Below are positions 1 through 8,259 of a stretch of DNA of 64,000 nt, piece by piece. The DNA lies in the sequence record MW879344.1. The stretch is one strand, 5' to 3'. Position 1 is the first letter of the stretch; each line of letters opens with the position of its first letter. The notes below the pieces were generated by a model. The model was not told the origin of the DNA. It saw only the letters and a list, made by a program, of their open reading frames with translations, and did not search any database. A program made the position numbers and the translations under genes.

Positions 1-37
1 TATTTTTGACTCCATGTTGTTTATATTACATTCTTTT

Positions 38-62
38 AAGGCCACGCAATGTGGCCTTTTTT
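38..62 (+). terminator. Rho-independent terminator
   Basis: aaggccac-gcaat-gtggcctt followed by a T run. Confidence 0.7.
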
Positions 63-76
63 ATTGGAAAAATAAA

Positions 77-802
77 ATGATTAACAAAGAAGAAGTAAGT
101 AAAGCAGCACGAGAAATTGTTCATCACATTATTCTAGATAATATCTATGGATATTTCGAAGAATTAGGTACACCAAATATTGTTGTGTACGGTTCATTCA
201 TCGAAATGACTTCTGGTTTTGATGTGAAGCCAAATGATATTGATGTTACGATTGTACTTGATGGGGAGTTACCTGAACCACGTCATAAATCATTCTATTT
301 AAACTTTGTTGAACTACCAATTAATGTAGAGTATATGAGTCGTGAATCATTTCAAAAAGAATTGCATTCATTTCAACCAAAGTACTTTATGTGCACAGCT
401 ACTCCTGAACTAAGTGAAGAAATTGATTCTGTATGGAAGAATAAAGAAATTCACGAAGTACGTTCTGGTATAAGTTCAGTAACTTCCAAAGCCTTTGATA
501 AAGGTCGTAAAAAACTACTAGTTGAAGATGACTATGATGAAGTACTAGGATTAAAAAATATCTATCATGCGTTTAAGTTTCCAATTTATGCTAAATGGCA
601 TTTCTATCCAGAATTGGCTGAACGTGATTATATTACAGACATTCAGTACTTGAATGAGATTCATAAAGGAATTTATGAGGCTTACAATAATAGTACTGGC
701 ACATTAGAAGAACGTTGTGCGGCGGTTGTACAATTTGCTAAACCACATCATTTATCATTGATGACTGGCTTCCGCATACTATTTCCTAAAAAGGTAGAAT
801 AA
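77..802 (+). CDS. Putative Pol-beta-superfamily nucleotidyltransferase
   Basis: GS...DxD motif (VYGSF...PNDIDVTIV); start moved from ORF-track 14 to ATG at 77, because 14-76 overlaps the terminator. Confidence 0.5.
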   Translation: MINKEEVSKAAREIVHHIILDNIYGYFEELGTPNIVVYGSFIEMTSGFDVKPNDIDVTIVLDGELPEPRHKSFYLNFVELPINVEYMSRESFQKELHSFQPKYFMCTATPELSEEIDSVWKNKEIHEVRSGISSVTSKAFDKGRKKLLVEDDYDEVLGLKNIYHAFKFPIYAKWHFYPELAERDYITDIQYLNEIHKGIYEAYNNSTGTLEERCAAVVQFAKPHHLSLMTGFRILFPKKVE

Positions 803-1014
803 TGATAGTGTTTATAATTATTGGAATGGTTTTATTATTTCTATTTGGCCTCGCTGCTATTATTGGAAGTGTTATTATTCCAATGTATGTATGTGCATGG
901 ACAGGAAAAGTATCAAAGGGTGAGATTGCAATCAGTATTATAATGTTTGTAATTGGTGCATTTTCATGGTACTATGTGTTTTCTCATATGAGTCTCAACA
1001 TAGGTATTAGTTAA
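802..1014 (+). CDS. Small membrane protein
   Basis: 70 aa, two hydrophobic segments; TAATG overlap with upstream stop. Confidence 0.6.
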   Translation: MIVFIIIGMVLLFLFGLAAIIGSVIIPMYVCAWTGKVSKGEIAISIIMFVIGAFSWYYVFSHMSLNIGIS

Positions 1015-1151
1015 TGGGTGAAATTATTTTTGCATTAATTGAATGTTTAGTTGAATTAATGTGTATGGGTGCAGCAGGATTTTGGATTGTTATGTGTATT
1101 TTAGCAATTGCTGCTGTTGCTGGTTTTGGTTATTGGGCATATATTTGTTAA
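1014..1151 (+). CDS. Small membrane protein (45 aa, not in ORF track)
   Basis: MGEIIFALIECLVELMCMGAAGFWIVMCILAIAAVAGFGYWAYIC; TAATG-coupled to the previous gene. Confidence 0.5.
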   Translation: MGEIIFALIECLVELMCMGAAGFWIVMCILAIAAVAGFGYWAYIC

Positions 1152-1228
1152 GGAATTAAAATGATATTACTTATAAAAGGGCGAATGACTTTCCGATTAT
1201 GAATTTTTAATCATAATAAGGAGGACAT

Positions 1229-1771
1229 ATGTTCTTTAAGCAAAAATTTAAAATCTGCTATGATAATGGCAATTTCGTAGAAGTTGATGATTTATTAGGA
1301 TATATTGGTTACACTTACGGTGCAGCCGAAGCATTCTACCAAAGAATGAAATTCACTGTTAAAATTGATAAAAGTAGCTTCTGGTCATATTCACATTCAA
1401 GTATGAATGATTTGGTTCAAACATTTTACTTATTCACTGAAAACAATATCATGATTTCTCCTGAATTGTTTAAAGGTGAGTACTTAAAATATCGTAATCT
1501 AGAAACTCAAATTTGGCACAGAAATCGTTTATATTCAATGAAACAATGGCGTCATTTCAATTATCGTCGCAGTCATACGACTACCTATGATCGTCGTATG
1601 GAAACTATCGCAGAACGCCGAGCTATTGCTGGTGTTGTGAAAGAAGAAGGTGAACCAGAATTTCGTGGTCGCCGCCGTTGTATTCCTAATCCGTGGGATG
1701 ATATAATGGCTCGTCGCAGTCTTTCTTGGAAAGATTGTACAAAAAGAAAACGTCAATATAAAGGAAGCTAA
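1229..1771 (+). CDS. Hypothetical protein with basic C-terminus
   Basis: Strong SD aaggagg; C-terminal RGRRRCIPNPWDD...SWK...RKRQY motif. Confidence 0.7.
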   Translation: MFFKQKFKICYDNGNFVEVDDLLGYIGYTYGAAEAFYQRMKFTVKIDKSSFWSYSHSSMNDLVQTFYLFTENNIMISPELFKGEYLKYRNLETQIWHRNRLYSMKQWRHFNYRRSHTTTYDRRMETIAERRAIAGVVKEEGEPEFRGRRRCIPNPWDDIMARRSLSWKDCTKRKRQYKGS

Positions 1772-1785
1772 ATGCTTCCTTTTTT
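1761..1785 (+). terminator. Rho-independent terminator
   Basis: aaggaagc-taaat-gcttcctt + T run. Confidence 0.7.
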
Positions 1786-1798
1786 CTTAGGAAAAATC

Positions 1799-2620
1799 AT
1801 GAACTCTGATGATCTATTACAAGCACGAACATTACTAAATGAACTTACTGTTGAAGGTCGAAGCTTTGCTGCAACTCGTTATATGTTTAATAACGAACCA
1901 TCATACCAAGATAACAAATATTCATCTGAATTAATTAACTGGATGAATACAAATAATCTAATAGTACTATCCAGTACTTACGATTTAGATTCCTACTATA
2001 CTGTTGAAATTTTTTCAGTTACTGAATTAGGTACATGTATTTCATGGTTCCTTTCATTGACAGAATATTATAATGCAGGTGTAGATGGTGAAGATAATTT
2101 TAGATCTGCGGGTCAAGCATTGTTTACTATTATGAATAAGTACAATGAAACTGAACTTGAACCATTGATTAGTATTATCACAGTTGAAGAACAAGAAGCG
2201 TATCAACATTTTTACCGTACCCAAATTTGGGATGCAATTGGTAATCGCGGAACAACAACTCGTACTCGTGAAGAAGCATTACAAGCAATTGAAGTTTCGA
2301 AAGGTCTTCTACCTATGTTTGAAATGTCAGTACTTCTTGGTGCTCGTGGTACTGATCCTACCCGTACTAACAACTATGTATTCAAAAAATGTATGGAAGA
2401 ATTGGGTGAAATGGCACTAGAAGATCAGATCGAAAATGGCCTTTCATATAAAGATGCTGGTTCTGATGGGGTTGCTGGAGAAGCGGTTGACCTTGCTATT
2501 TGTGCAATGGATATGTTTGCATTACAGCATGGTCATTTAAATCCTGAAGAAATTCAAGAGAGATTTATTGAGTATATGAATAAAAAATTAAACAAATGGA
2601 AAAGTACTTTAGGGAAATAA
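1799..2620 (+). CDS. Protein with C-terminal MazG-like NTP pyrophosphatase domain
   Basis: KCMEELGEM...GEAVDLAICAMD (EExxE...ExxD pattern); start at ATG 1799 after SD agga. Confidence 0.6.
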   Translation: MNSDDLLQARTLLNELTVEGRSFAATRYMFNNEPSYQDNKYSSELINWMNTNNLIVLSSTYDLDSYYTVEIFSVTELGTCISWFLSLTEYYNAGVDGEDNFRSAGQALFTIMNKYNETELEPLISIITVEEQEAYQHFYRTQIWDAIGNRGTTTRTREEALQAIEVSKGLLPMFEMSVLLGARGTDPTRTNNYVFKKCMEELGEMALEDQIENGLSYKDAGSDGVAGEAVDLAICAMDMFALQHGHLNPEEIQERFIEYMNKKLNKWKSTLGK

Positions 2621-2621
2621 T

Positions 2622-3236
2622 ATGACAGATCATGCAAAGACAAAAGCGTTATTGGACGTTCTTGCAGAAATGAATCAACAAGATGAAAAATGGGGTGCTG
2701 ATAGAAATCAACATCCTTTTCTATGGCAAGTTATTTTAGGTGAAGAATTTGGTGAAGTTTGTCAAGCAATTTTGCATGATGAATTTGGTGGTTCTCATGC
2801 AGGTACAGCACGTGAGGAATTAGTACAAGTCGCTGCTGTAGCCTTGCAATTTATTGAACAGTATGATAGACTAAACGCAGTTCAGAACGTAAATCGTGAA
2901 CCAAAATTGGTTATTCTTGAATCTCCATTTGCTGCCACCGATGAACACACTGTACAAGAAAATATTGAATATGCACGGAAATGTGTTCGACATTCTCTTT
3001 CGTTAGGTGAAGCACCAATTGCAAGCCACCTACTTTACACTCAAGATGGAATTTTGGATGATAATATTCCAGAAGAACGTCAATGGGGTATTGATGCTGG
3101 ATTAGCATGGAAAGAAGTTGCACAATGTTCAGTTGTTTATATTGACCGTGGAATTAGTAAAGGTATGGAATATGGTATCAAGGCTGCTGAACAAGCAGGA
3201 CTTACTATTGAATATCGTAAAATTGAGGAAGAATAA
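2622..3236 (+). CDS. MazG-like domain fused to a nucleoside-deoxyribosyltransferase-like (DUF4406-type) domain
   Basis: N-term ILGEEFGEV...EELVQVAAVA; C-term VILESPF...GEAPIASHLLY...GISKGMEYGI. Confidence 0.6.
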   Translation: MTDHAKTKALLDVLAEMNQQDEKWGADRNQHPFLWQVILGEEFGEVCQAILHDEFGGSHAGTAREELVQVAAVALQFIEQYDRLNAVQNVNREPKLVILESPFAATDEHTVQENIEYARKCVRHSLSLGEAPIASHLLYTQDGILDDNIPEERQWGIDAGLAWKEVAQCSVVYIDRGISKGMEYGIKAAEQAGLTIEYRKIEEE

Positions 3237-3514
3237 TGAATATCCGTCCAGTATATAATCATATTATTGCAAAGAAATATGTAAATGAACCAAAAAGTGC
3301 AGGTGGTATTTTACTTACAGCTAGTGGAGAGGATGAATCAACTCATGCTGAAGTAATATCTATTGGTAGTGCTTATAAAGGTGATATTAAAGTTGGTGAT
3401 ATTGTTTCTTACCTTGATGATAAACGTGTTCATATTGAAAAAATTGAAAATGAATATCTATTAATCATGCCAGAAGATTGTGTTCTGGCGGTAATTGAAA
3501 AAGAAGGCGAATAA
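3236..3514 (+). CDS. groES: GroES/Cpn10 co-chaperonin
   Basis: IRPVYNHIIAK...SAGGILL...EVISIG...IKVGDIV...YLLIMPEDCVLAVI. Confidence 0.85.
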   Translation: MNIRPVYNHIIAKKYVNEPKSAGGILLTASGEDESTHAEVISIGSAYKGDIKVGDIVSYLDDKRVHIEKIENEYLLIMPEDCVLAVIEKEGE

Positions 3515-3515
3515 C

Positions 3516-4778
3516 ATGCATAAGGCGTTGGTAGAATTACAAGCTCGTGGTCTAATTAATCAAAGTACTGAACTTTCAGTATTATCTTCTCTACTTGAGA
3601 AGGGTTCTTCAGTGTATTGTGGTTTTGATCCAACGGCTGACTCATTGCATATTGGTAGTCTTCTACCTCTCATGACTCTGAAAGTCCTTAAAGATCACGG
3701 AGTTCATGTTATTGCACTTGTTGGTGGGGCAACTGGTCGTATTGGCGATCCAAGCTTTAAAGCACAAGAACGGCAAATGCTAACTGAAGAAATGGTAGAC
3801 CGAAATATTGCGGGAATTACTTCTGTAATTCGCAAATTTCTTGGTTCAGATACATTAATTGTGAATAATCACGATTGGACAAAAGACATTTCAGTACTTG
3901 ATTTCTTGCGAATATACGGTAAATGCTTTACTGTTAATAACATGATTTCTAAAGAAGCAGTTCGTTCTCGCATTGAACGACCAGATCAAGGAATTTCATT
4001 TACTGAATTTACTTATCCAATTCTTCAAGGAATGGATTTTGAACATCTATTTAATATTGGATGTTCTATTCAAATTGGTGGTTCAGACCAATGGGGTAAT
4101 ATGATTGCTGGAACTGACTTGATCCACAAGATGCACGGTAATGATGCTGAAGTGGGGGTTATTACTTTACCCCTACTATTAAAATCGGATGGTACTAAAT
4201 TCGGTAAATCAGAATCTGGAACTGTATGGTTAAGTCCTAATCATACTTCTGCATATCACATGTATCAATTCTGGTTGAATGTTACGGATGATGAAATGAT
4301 TACCATGTACCAGTACTTTAAACCAATGTCATTTTCGGTCGATGTTGTAAAAACAGAAATGGAACAAAACGTAGTACTAATGAAGAAACAATTTGCTTAT
4401 AGCATGACTGCATTAGTTCATGGTACTGATAAAGCCGATCAAGCATATAAAGTTAGTCAATTCTTGTTCGGTGCAAAAATTGAACTTGATATTGAGTCAA
4501 TTAATATGATGGTGGATTCTGGTATGGAATCGACTACAATTATTGAACCAATAGGATTGATTTCACTATTGGTCGAAACTGGTCTAGCATCGTCTAATAA
4601 AATGGCTCGTGAGTTCATTACTAATGGTGCCGCTAAGATTAATGGTCGCAAAATTAATGAGTTCTACGATCCAGTACAATATGAATTTACTGAAGATGTT
4701 GATATATATGACAACCGTTATTTTGTTCTACAACGTGGTCGTGATAATTTTGTAATTATTCGAAATGGGAGGATTTAA
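3516..4778 (+). CDS. tyrS: Tyrosyl-tRNA synthetase
   Basis: YCGFDPTADSLHIGS (HIGH), ALVGGATGRIGDPS, QIGGSDQWGN, KFGKSE (KMSKS), C-terminal S4-like domain; start at ATG 3516. Confidence 0.95.
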   Translation: MHKALVELQARGLINQSTELSVLSSLLEKGSSVYCGFDPTADSLHIGSLLPLMTLKVLKDHGVHVIALVGGATGRIGDPSFKAQERQMLTEEMVDRNIAGITSVIRKFLGSDTLIVNNHDWTKDISVLDFLRIYGKCFTVNNMISKEAVRSRIERPDQGISFTEFTYPILQGMDFEHLFNIGCSIQIGGSDQWGNMIAGTDLIHKMHGNDAEVGVITLPLLLKSDGTKFGKSESGTVWLSPNHTSAYHMYQFWLNVTDDEMITMYQYFKPMSFSVDVVKTEMEQNVVLMKKQFAYSMTALVHGTDKADQAYKVSQFLFGAKIELDIESINMMVDSGMESTTIIEPIGLISLLVETGLASSNKMAREFITNGAAKINGRKINEFYDPVQYEFTEDVDIYDNRYFVLQRGRDNFVIIRNGRI

Positions 4779-4780
4779 TA

Positions 4781-5245
4781 ATGTCACAAACATACACAGC
4801 GGTACTGTACCGTTACAACCACTCAGATTACTGTCGTGGTTGTTTAATGGGTTCATCTGATTCTGATTTGAAAATTTATACTGGAACTTCACAGCAAGAT
4901 ATTATTGATATGATTTTACCAGTACTTGTTGAATCTAAATTAAATTCTGATAAGCATTATGAATATGCTGAATATGAACCAATTATTTTCTTTAACGGTA
5001 TTACTGATGGTTATAGTGGATACGAAGAAAATTCAGCATTTGTGAATACTTTTGCACAACAATACTTAAATGAAGTACGGGGAATGCTAGATACTCAACT
5101 TACACAGGCAATTACTGAAGCTCGTAAAGAAGTTAAAATACAAGAAGAACGTAAAGCTCGTGAAAATGCAGAATTAAATCGTCAACGTGCTGAAGAAGAA
5201 GAAAGAGCAGAATTTGAACGTTTGAAATCTAAATTTGGTGAATAA
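4781..5245 (+). CDS. Hypothetical protein with C-terminal coiled coil
   Basis: Tightly packed ORF, 154 aa. Confidence 0.65.
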   Translation: MSQTYTAVLYRYNHSDYCRGCLMGSSDSDLKIYTGTSQQDIIDMILPVLVESKLNSDKHYEYAEYEPIIFFNGITDGYSGYEENSAFVNTFAQQYLNEVRGMLDTQLTQAITEARKEVKIQEERKARENAELNRQRAEEEERAEFERLKSKFGE

Positions 5246-5494
5246 ATGAAAATATTTCTTGTAATTGTTGCCATGTTTATGTTATCATCTTGCCGAGTTG
5301 AATCTGATTCAACCAGTTCACCTGTATTTTCAGGAATTGTAAAACAAGATCCTCGCATTGTCACGGCAGATTTTGAAATGGACAATAATAAGTATCATTG
5401 TTTTAGTTTCGACCCCACTAAAGACAATTTAATTTTTATGTGTAAGAAGGTTAAAAATGAAGAAAATTCTTCTAGCTCTACTAGTACTAACTAG
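5246..5494 (+). CDS. Putative lipoprotein
   Basis: MKIFLVIVAMFMLSSC signal peptide/lipobox. Confidence 0.55.
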   Translation: MKIFLVIVAMFMLSSCRVESDSTSSPVFSGIVKQDPRIVTADFEMDNNKYHCFSFDPTKDNLIFMCKKVKNEENSSSSTSTN

Positions 5495-5645
5495 TACTGC
5501 ATGTACCAGTGTAAGTAATGGTTCATACGAAACGTATAGTCCATTTAATACTGATGCTGGTTATAATTGTGCAGTTGAAAGTTCAGACATATATCTCATT
5601 AATGGTGTACCATCTTTGAAATATATTTGTAATAAGGTAAAATAA
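5457..5645 (+). CDS. Putative lipoprotein
   Basis: MKKILLALLVLTSTAC signal peptide/lipobox. Confidence 0.55.
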   Translation: MKKILLALLVLTSTACTSVSNGSYETYSPFNTDAGYNCAVESSDIYLINGVPSLKYICNKVK

Positions 5646-6175
5646 TGGAAATAACACGTTCATGGGCGATGCCGAATAAGAATACTTTTTCGATTAAGCC
5701 TATAAGGGATTTTATTGAACGCGAACTATCGAAAGCAGAGTTGATTGAAGGTGCAGTACTTGTTGATGCGTTTGCTAACAATAGCGTCTTCAATCCTCGC
5801 TTAACATATACAAATGATTTAGATCCTGATATGCCAACAACACATCATATGGATGCGTTGGAGTTTCTTAAATCGTTAGAAACAGGTTCAGTAGATTTTC
5901 TACTATTCGACCCACCATATAGTCCACGACAAGTTTCAGAATGTTATAAAAGTTTAGAAATGACTGTTAACATGCAAACTACACAATCAAGCTTTTGGGG
6001 TAATCTAAAGAAAGAGATTGCAAGAGTTATGAAAAGTGGTGGTGTAGTAATGACATTTGGTTGGAATAGTGGCGGTATTGGGAAAACTGCTGGATTTGAA
6101 ATTGATGAAATCCTTTTAGTTGCACATGGTGGTTGGCATAATGATACCATCATAACTAAAGAAATTAAAAAATAA
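5645..6175 (+). CDS. Small adenine-specific DNA methyltransferase
   Basis: FLLFDPPYS motif IV; LVDAFAN SAM-binding-like motif; HGGWHNDTI tail. Confidence 0.75.
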   Translation: MEITRSWAMPNKNTFSIKPIRDFIERELSKAELIEGAVLVDAFANNSVFNPRLTYTNDLDPDMPTTHHMDALEFLKSLETGSVDFLLFDPPYSPRQVSECYKSLEMTVNMQTTQSSFWGNLKKEIARVMKSGGVVMTFGWNSGGIGKTAGFEIDEILLVAHGGWHNDTIITKEIKK

Positions 6176-6181
6176 GAATTG

Positions 6182-6300
6182 AGAAATACAAAGCCGTGCC
6201 TCTGGCAAAATCCAGTATAAGTCCGTTTACGCTTCATCGCAAGTACTGAGAGAATATTCCTACTCGTTAGCACTACCAACTCTTGGGGCGTTGTATTTCT
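6182..6300 (-). ncRNA. Candidate ~120-nt structured small RNA (family not recognised)
   Basis: Intergenic; ends pair (agaaatacaa 6182-6191 / ttgtatttct 6291-6300, then gcc/ggc); internal hairpins; G-U wobbles fit the minus strand better. Confidence 0.35.
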
Positions 6301-6326
6301 TTTAAGTTAACTATAGAGAGACAAAA

Positions 6327-6962
6327 ATGAATATATGTGAAAAGTACTGGTGGATTTCACATCACCCAAAAATTGTTGATTTCGCTGATTCAGCAATTAT
6401 CGAAGTTACCCCACACATGGTTTGTCCAGAAACAAATCAAATTGAAAATTTATCAATTTTGAATACAAAGTTGCAGTTTTGGGTCGAATTCATGACTCCA
6501 CATTTCGATGAACAATTTGAAATTCACGGTCATGCACATGATTGGGAATTAGATTGTGGTGGTGATACATGGGAAGAAGCAATCGAAGCCTTGTACCAAG
6601 GAGTACTTGCAAAGTACGGTGATTATACACAAGAAGACTTAGACAAGCAACGAGAAGAAGCAATGAAGGATTTTGATGCTGATGAATTCTTTGCTAAAGC
6701 TACCGTATTGAAAACTGAACCAGAAGAACGAAAACCATTAGAAGATTATGAAATCGATGCATTTAAACGTGACATTGAACATATTAAAAAATTACTACCA
6801 GTACTATCAAATAAACTTAAAGATGCTAACTTAACAATGCAAGAATATGCAGATGTTGAATTGGAAATTATCTGTGCTGACCGTGATTTGTACGTTGCAA
6901 CAAAATCATTGGAATGTGGTTACGATGTTGAAGTATATGGTATTACGGATGAAAATAACTAA
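6327..6962 (+). CDS. Hypothetical protein
   Basis: 211-aa ORF with SD-like gagag. Confidence 0.7.
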   Translation: MNICEKYWWISHHPKIVDFADSAIIEVTPHMVCPETNQIENLSILNTKLQFWVEFMTPHFDEQFEIHGHAHDWELDCGGDTWEEAIEALYQGVLAKYGDYTQEDLDKQREEAMKDFDADEFFAKATVLKTEPEERKPLEDYEIDAFKRDIEHIKKLLPVLSNKLKDANLTMQEYADVELEIICADRDLYVATKSLECGYDVEVYGITDENN

Positions 6963-7314
6963 ATTGGTTGGTATATTGAAAGATATGCCACAAAAAAAGA
7001 AATCCAGTTCTACACGTAAACGTTATACAATTATTGCGTGTGCACTAGATAAAAAAGGGCGAGTACTATCTATGAGGACAAATGATTATAATTGTTCTCA
7101 CCCATTACAAAAGTACTTTGCAGAGCAAGTAGGGAAACCAGAAGCAATATTTCTTCATGCTGAAGTCGCAACATTAATAGCAGCCCGAAAAGAAGTTCAT
7201 AAATTGCTTATTGCACGAATAGATGTGAAAGGTAACCCATTACCTGCGAAACCATGTCCAATCTGCGAAAAAGCAATTGCAGCATTTGGGGTAAAGGAAA
7301 TTGAGTACACATAA
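6949..7314 (+). CDS. Zinc-dependent cytidine/dCMP-deaminase-fold protein
   Basis: LHAE...PCPIC motif; start moved to ATG 6949 (MKITK). Confidence 0.75.
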   Translation: MKITKLVGILKDMPQKKKSSSTRKRYTIIACALDKKGRVLSMRTNDYNCSHPLQKYFAEQVGKPEAIFLHAEVATLIAARKEVHKLLIARIDVKGNPLPAKPCPICEKAIAAFGVKEIEYT

Positions 7315-7546
7315 ACATTTAGATGAAATAATTCAACTATTAACGGATGAATCAGATACTTATATTAGTACTGTTAAGTTTTTACATTCGATGATGATTG
7401 AAGCTAAAGAAGCTGGTACATATAACAGAAAGGATTTTAGTGCTGCATTATTAGTGCATAATTGCTTACGTAATAAGTACAAGCAAGATTTTAACGGCGA
7501 ATTACTTTCTTGGTATCGTCGTTTTATAGGACTATACGACAACTAA
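7301..7546 (+). CDS. Hypothetical protein
   Basis: 81 aa; overlaps upstream stop, SD aagga. Confidence 0.6.
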   Translation: MSTHKHLDEIIQLLTDESDTYISTVKFLHSMMIEAKEAGTYNRKDFSAALLVHNCLRNKYKQDFNGELLSWYRRFIGLYDN

Positions 7547-7556
7547 TAGGGAACAT

Positions 7557-8111
7557 ATGAAAAATACAATCATTGTGAACTTAGTTGGTGGACCATGTTG
7601 CGGTAAGAGTACTACCGCAGCAGGACTATTCGCTAAGATGAAATTACATACTAAGCAACAAGTTGAAATCGTAACAGAAGTCATTAAAGATTATGTATAC
7701 GATGAAAATAAAATGGCTATGCAAGATCAAGTACTAATTACTGCAAACCAAAATCACCGCCTATTCCGGTTAAAAGGAAAGGTGGATTTTGTCGTTTCTG
7801 ATGCTTCCCTTTTGAACGGAATTGTATATAATGAGTTTTATCATGACATGGAAAATATCAGTTCAAGAGTAGCGTTTCAATTGTACGAACAGTACGAGAA
7901 TATAGTATTTTTGCTTCCACGTAAACCAGAATACGATCAGTACGGTCGTACACAAACACTTGAAGAAGCAAAAGAACTTGACCGTTTATTTGTTGAAAAT
8001 TTAGAACATTTACGTATTCCATATATTGATATGCGTGAATACACACATGAAGAAATGCCTGATCGTATTATTGATGTTCTAAGCAATCGTTTTGGATTTG
8101 ACGTTCATTAA
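7557..8111 (+). CDS. NadR/AAA_28-type P-loop kinase/ATPase
   Basis: IVNLVGGPCCGKSTT Walker A; VVSDASLL; GRTQT. Confidence 0.7.
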   Translation: MKNTIIVNLVGGPCCGKSTTAAGLFAKMKLHTKQQVEIVTEVIKDYVYDENKMAMQDQVLITANQNHRLFRLKGKVDFVVSDASLLNGIVYNEFYHDMENISSRVAFQLYEQYENIVFLLPRKPEYDQYGRTQTLEEAKELDRLFVENLEHLRIPYIDMREYTHEEMPDRIIDVLSNRFGFDVH

Positions 8112-8169
8112 AAATTATATTTTATCAACTTTTTTATATTGGGTAAACGTTGACCTAAGTATTAAAAAC

Positions 8170-8212
8170 TTGATCTAGATCAAAGATAATACCCCTTCAT
8201 ATGGGGTATTAT
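8170..8212 (+). promoter_or_regulatory. FNR box with class II promoter upstream of nrdD
   Basis: TTGAT-ctag-ATCAA at 8170-8183 (perfect consensus); TATTAT -10 at 8207-8212 puts the box centre near -41.5. Confidence 0.65.
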
Positions 8213-8259
8213 ATATTTTAAGTGCGTAAATAATTCACCTTAACAGACACGGAGCGTCA

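Noticed and set aside
6182-6300. Hammerhead, twister-sister or tRNA identity for the 120-nt element
   Set aside because: No intact CUGANGA...GAAA core, no 7-nt UUCRANU T-loop, and no cloverleaf; only superficial motif echoes
8184-8259. NrdR box upstream of nrdD
   Set aside because: No convincing match to acaCwAtATaTwGtgt; only the FNR box is clear
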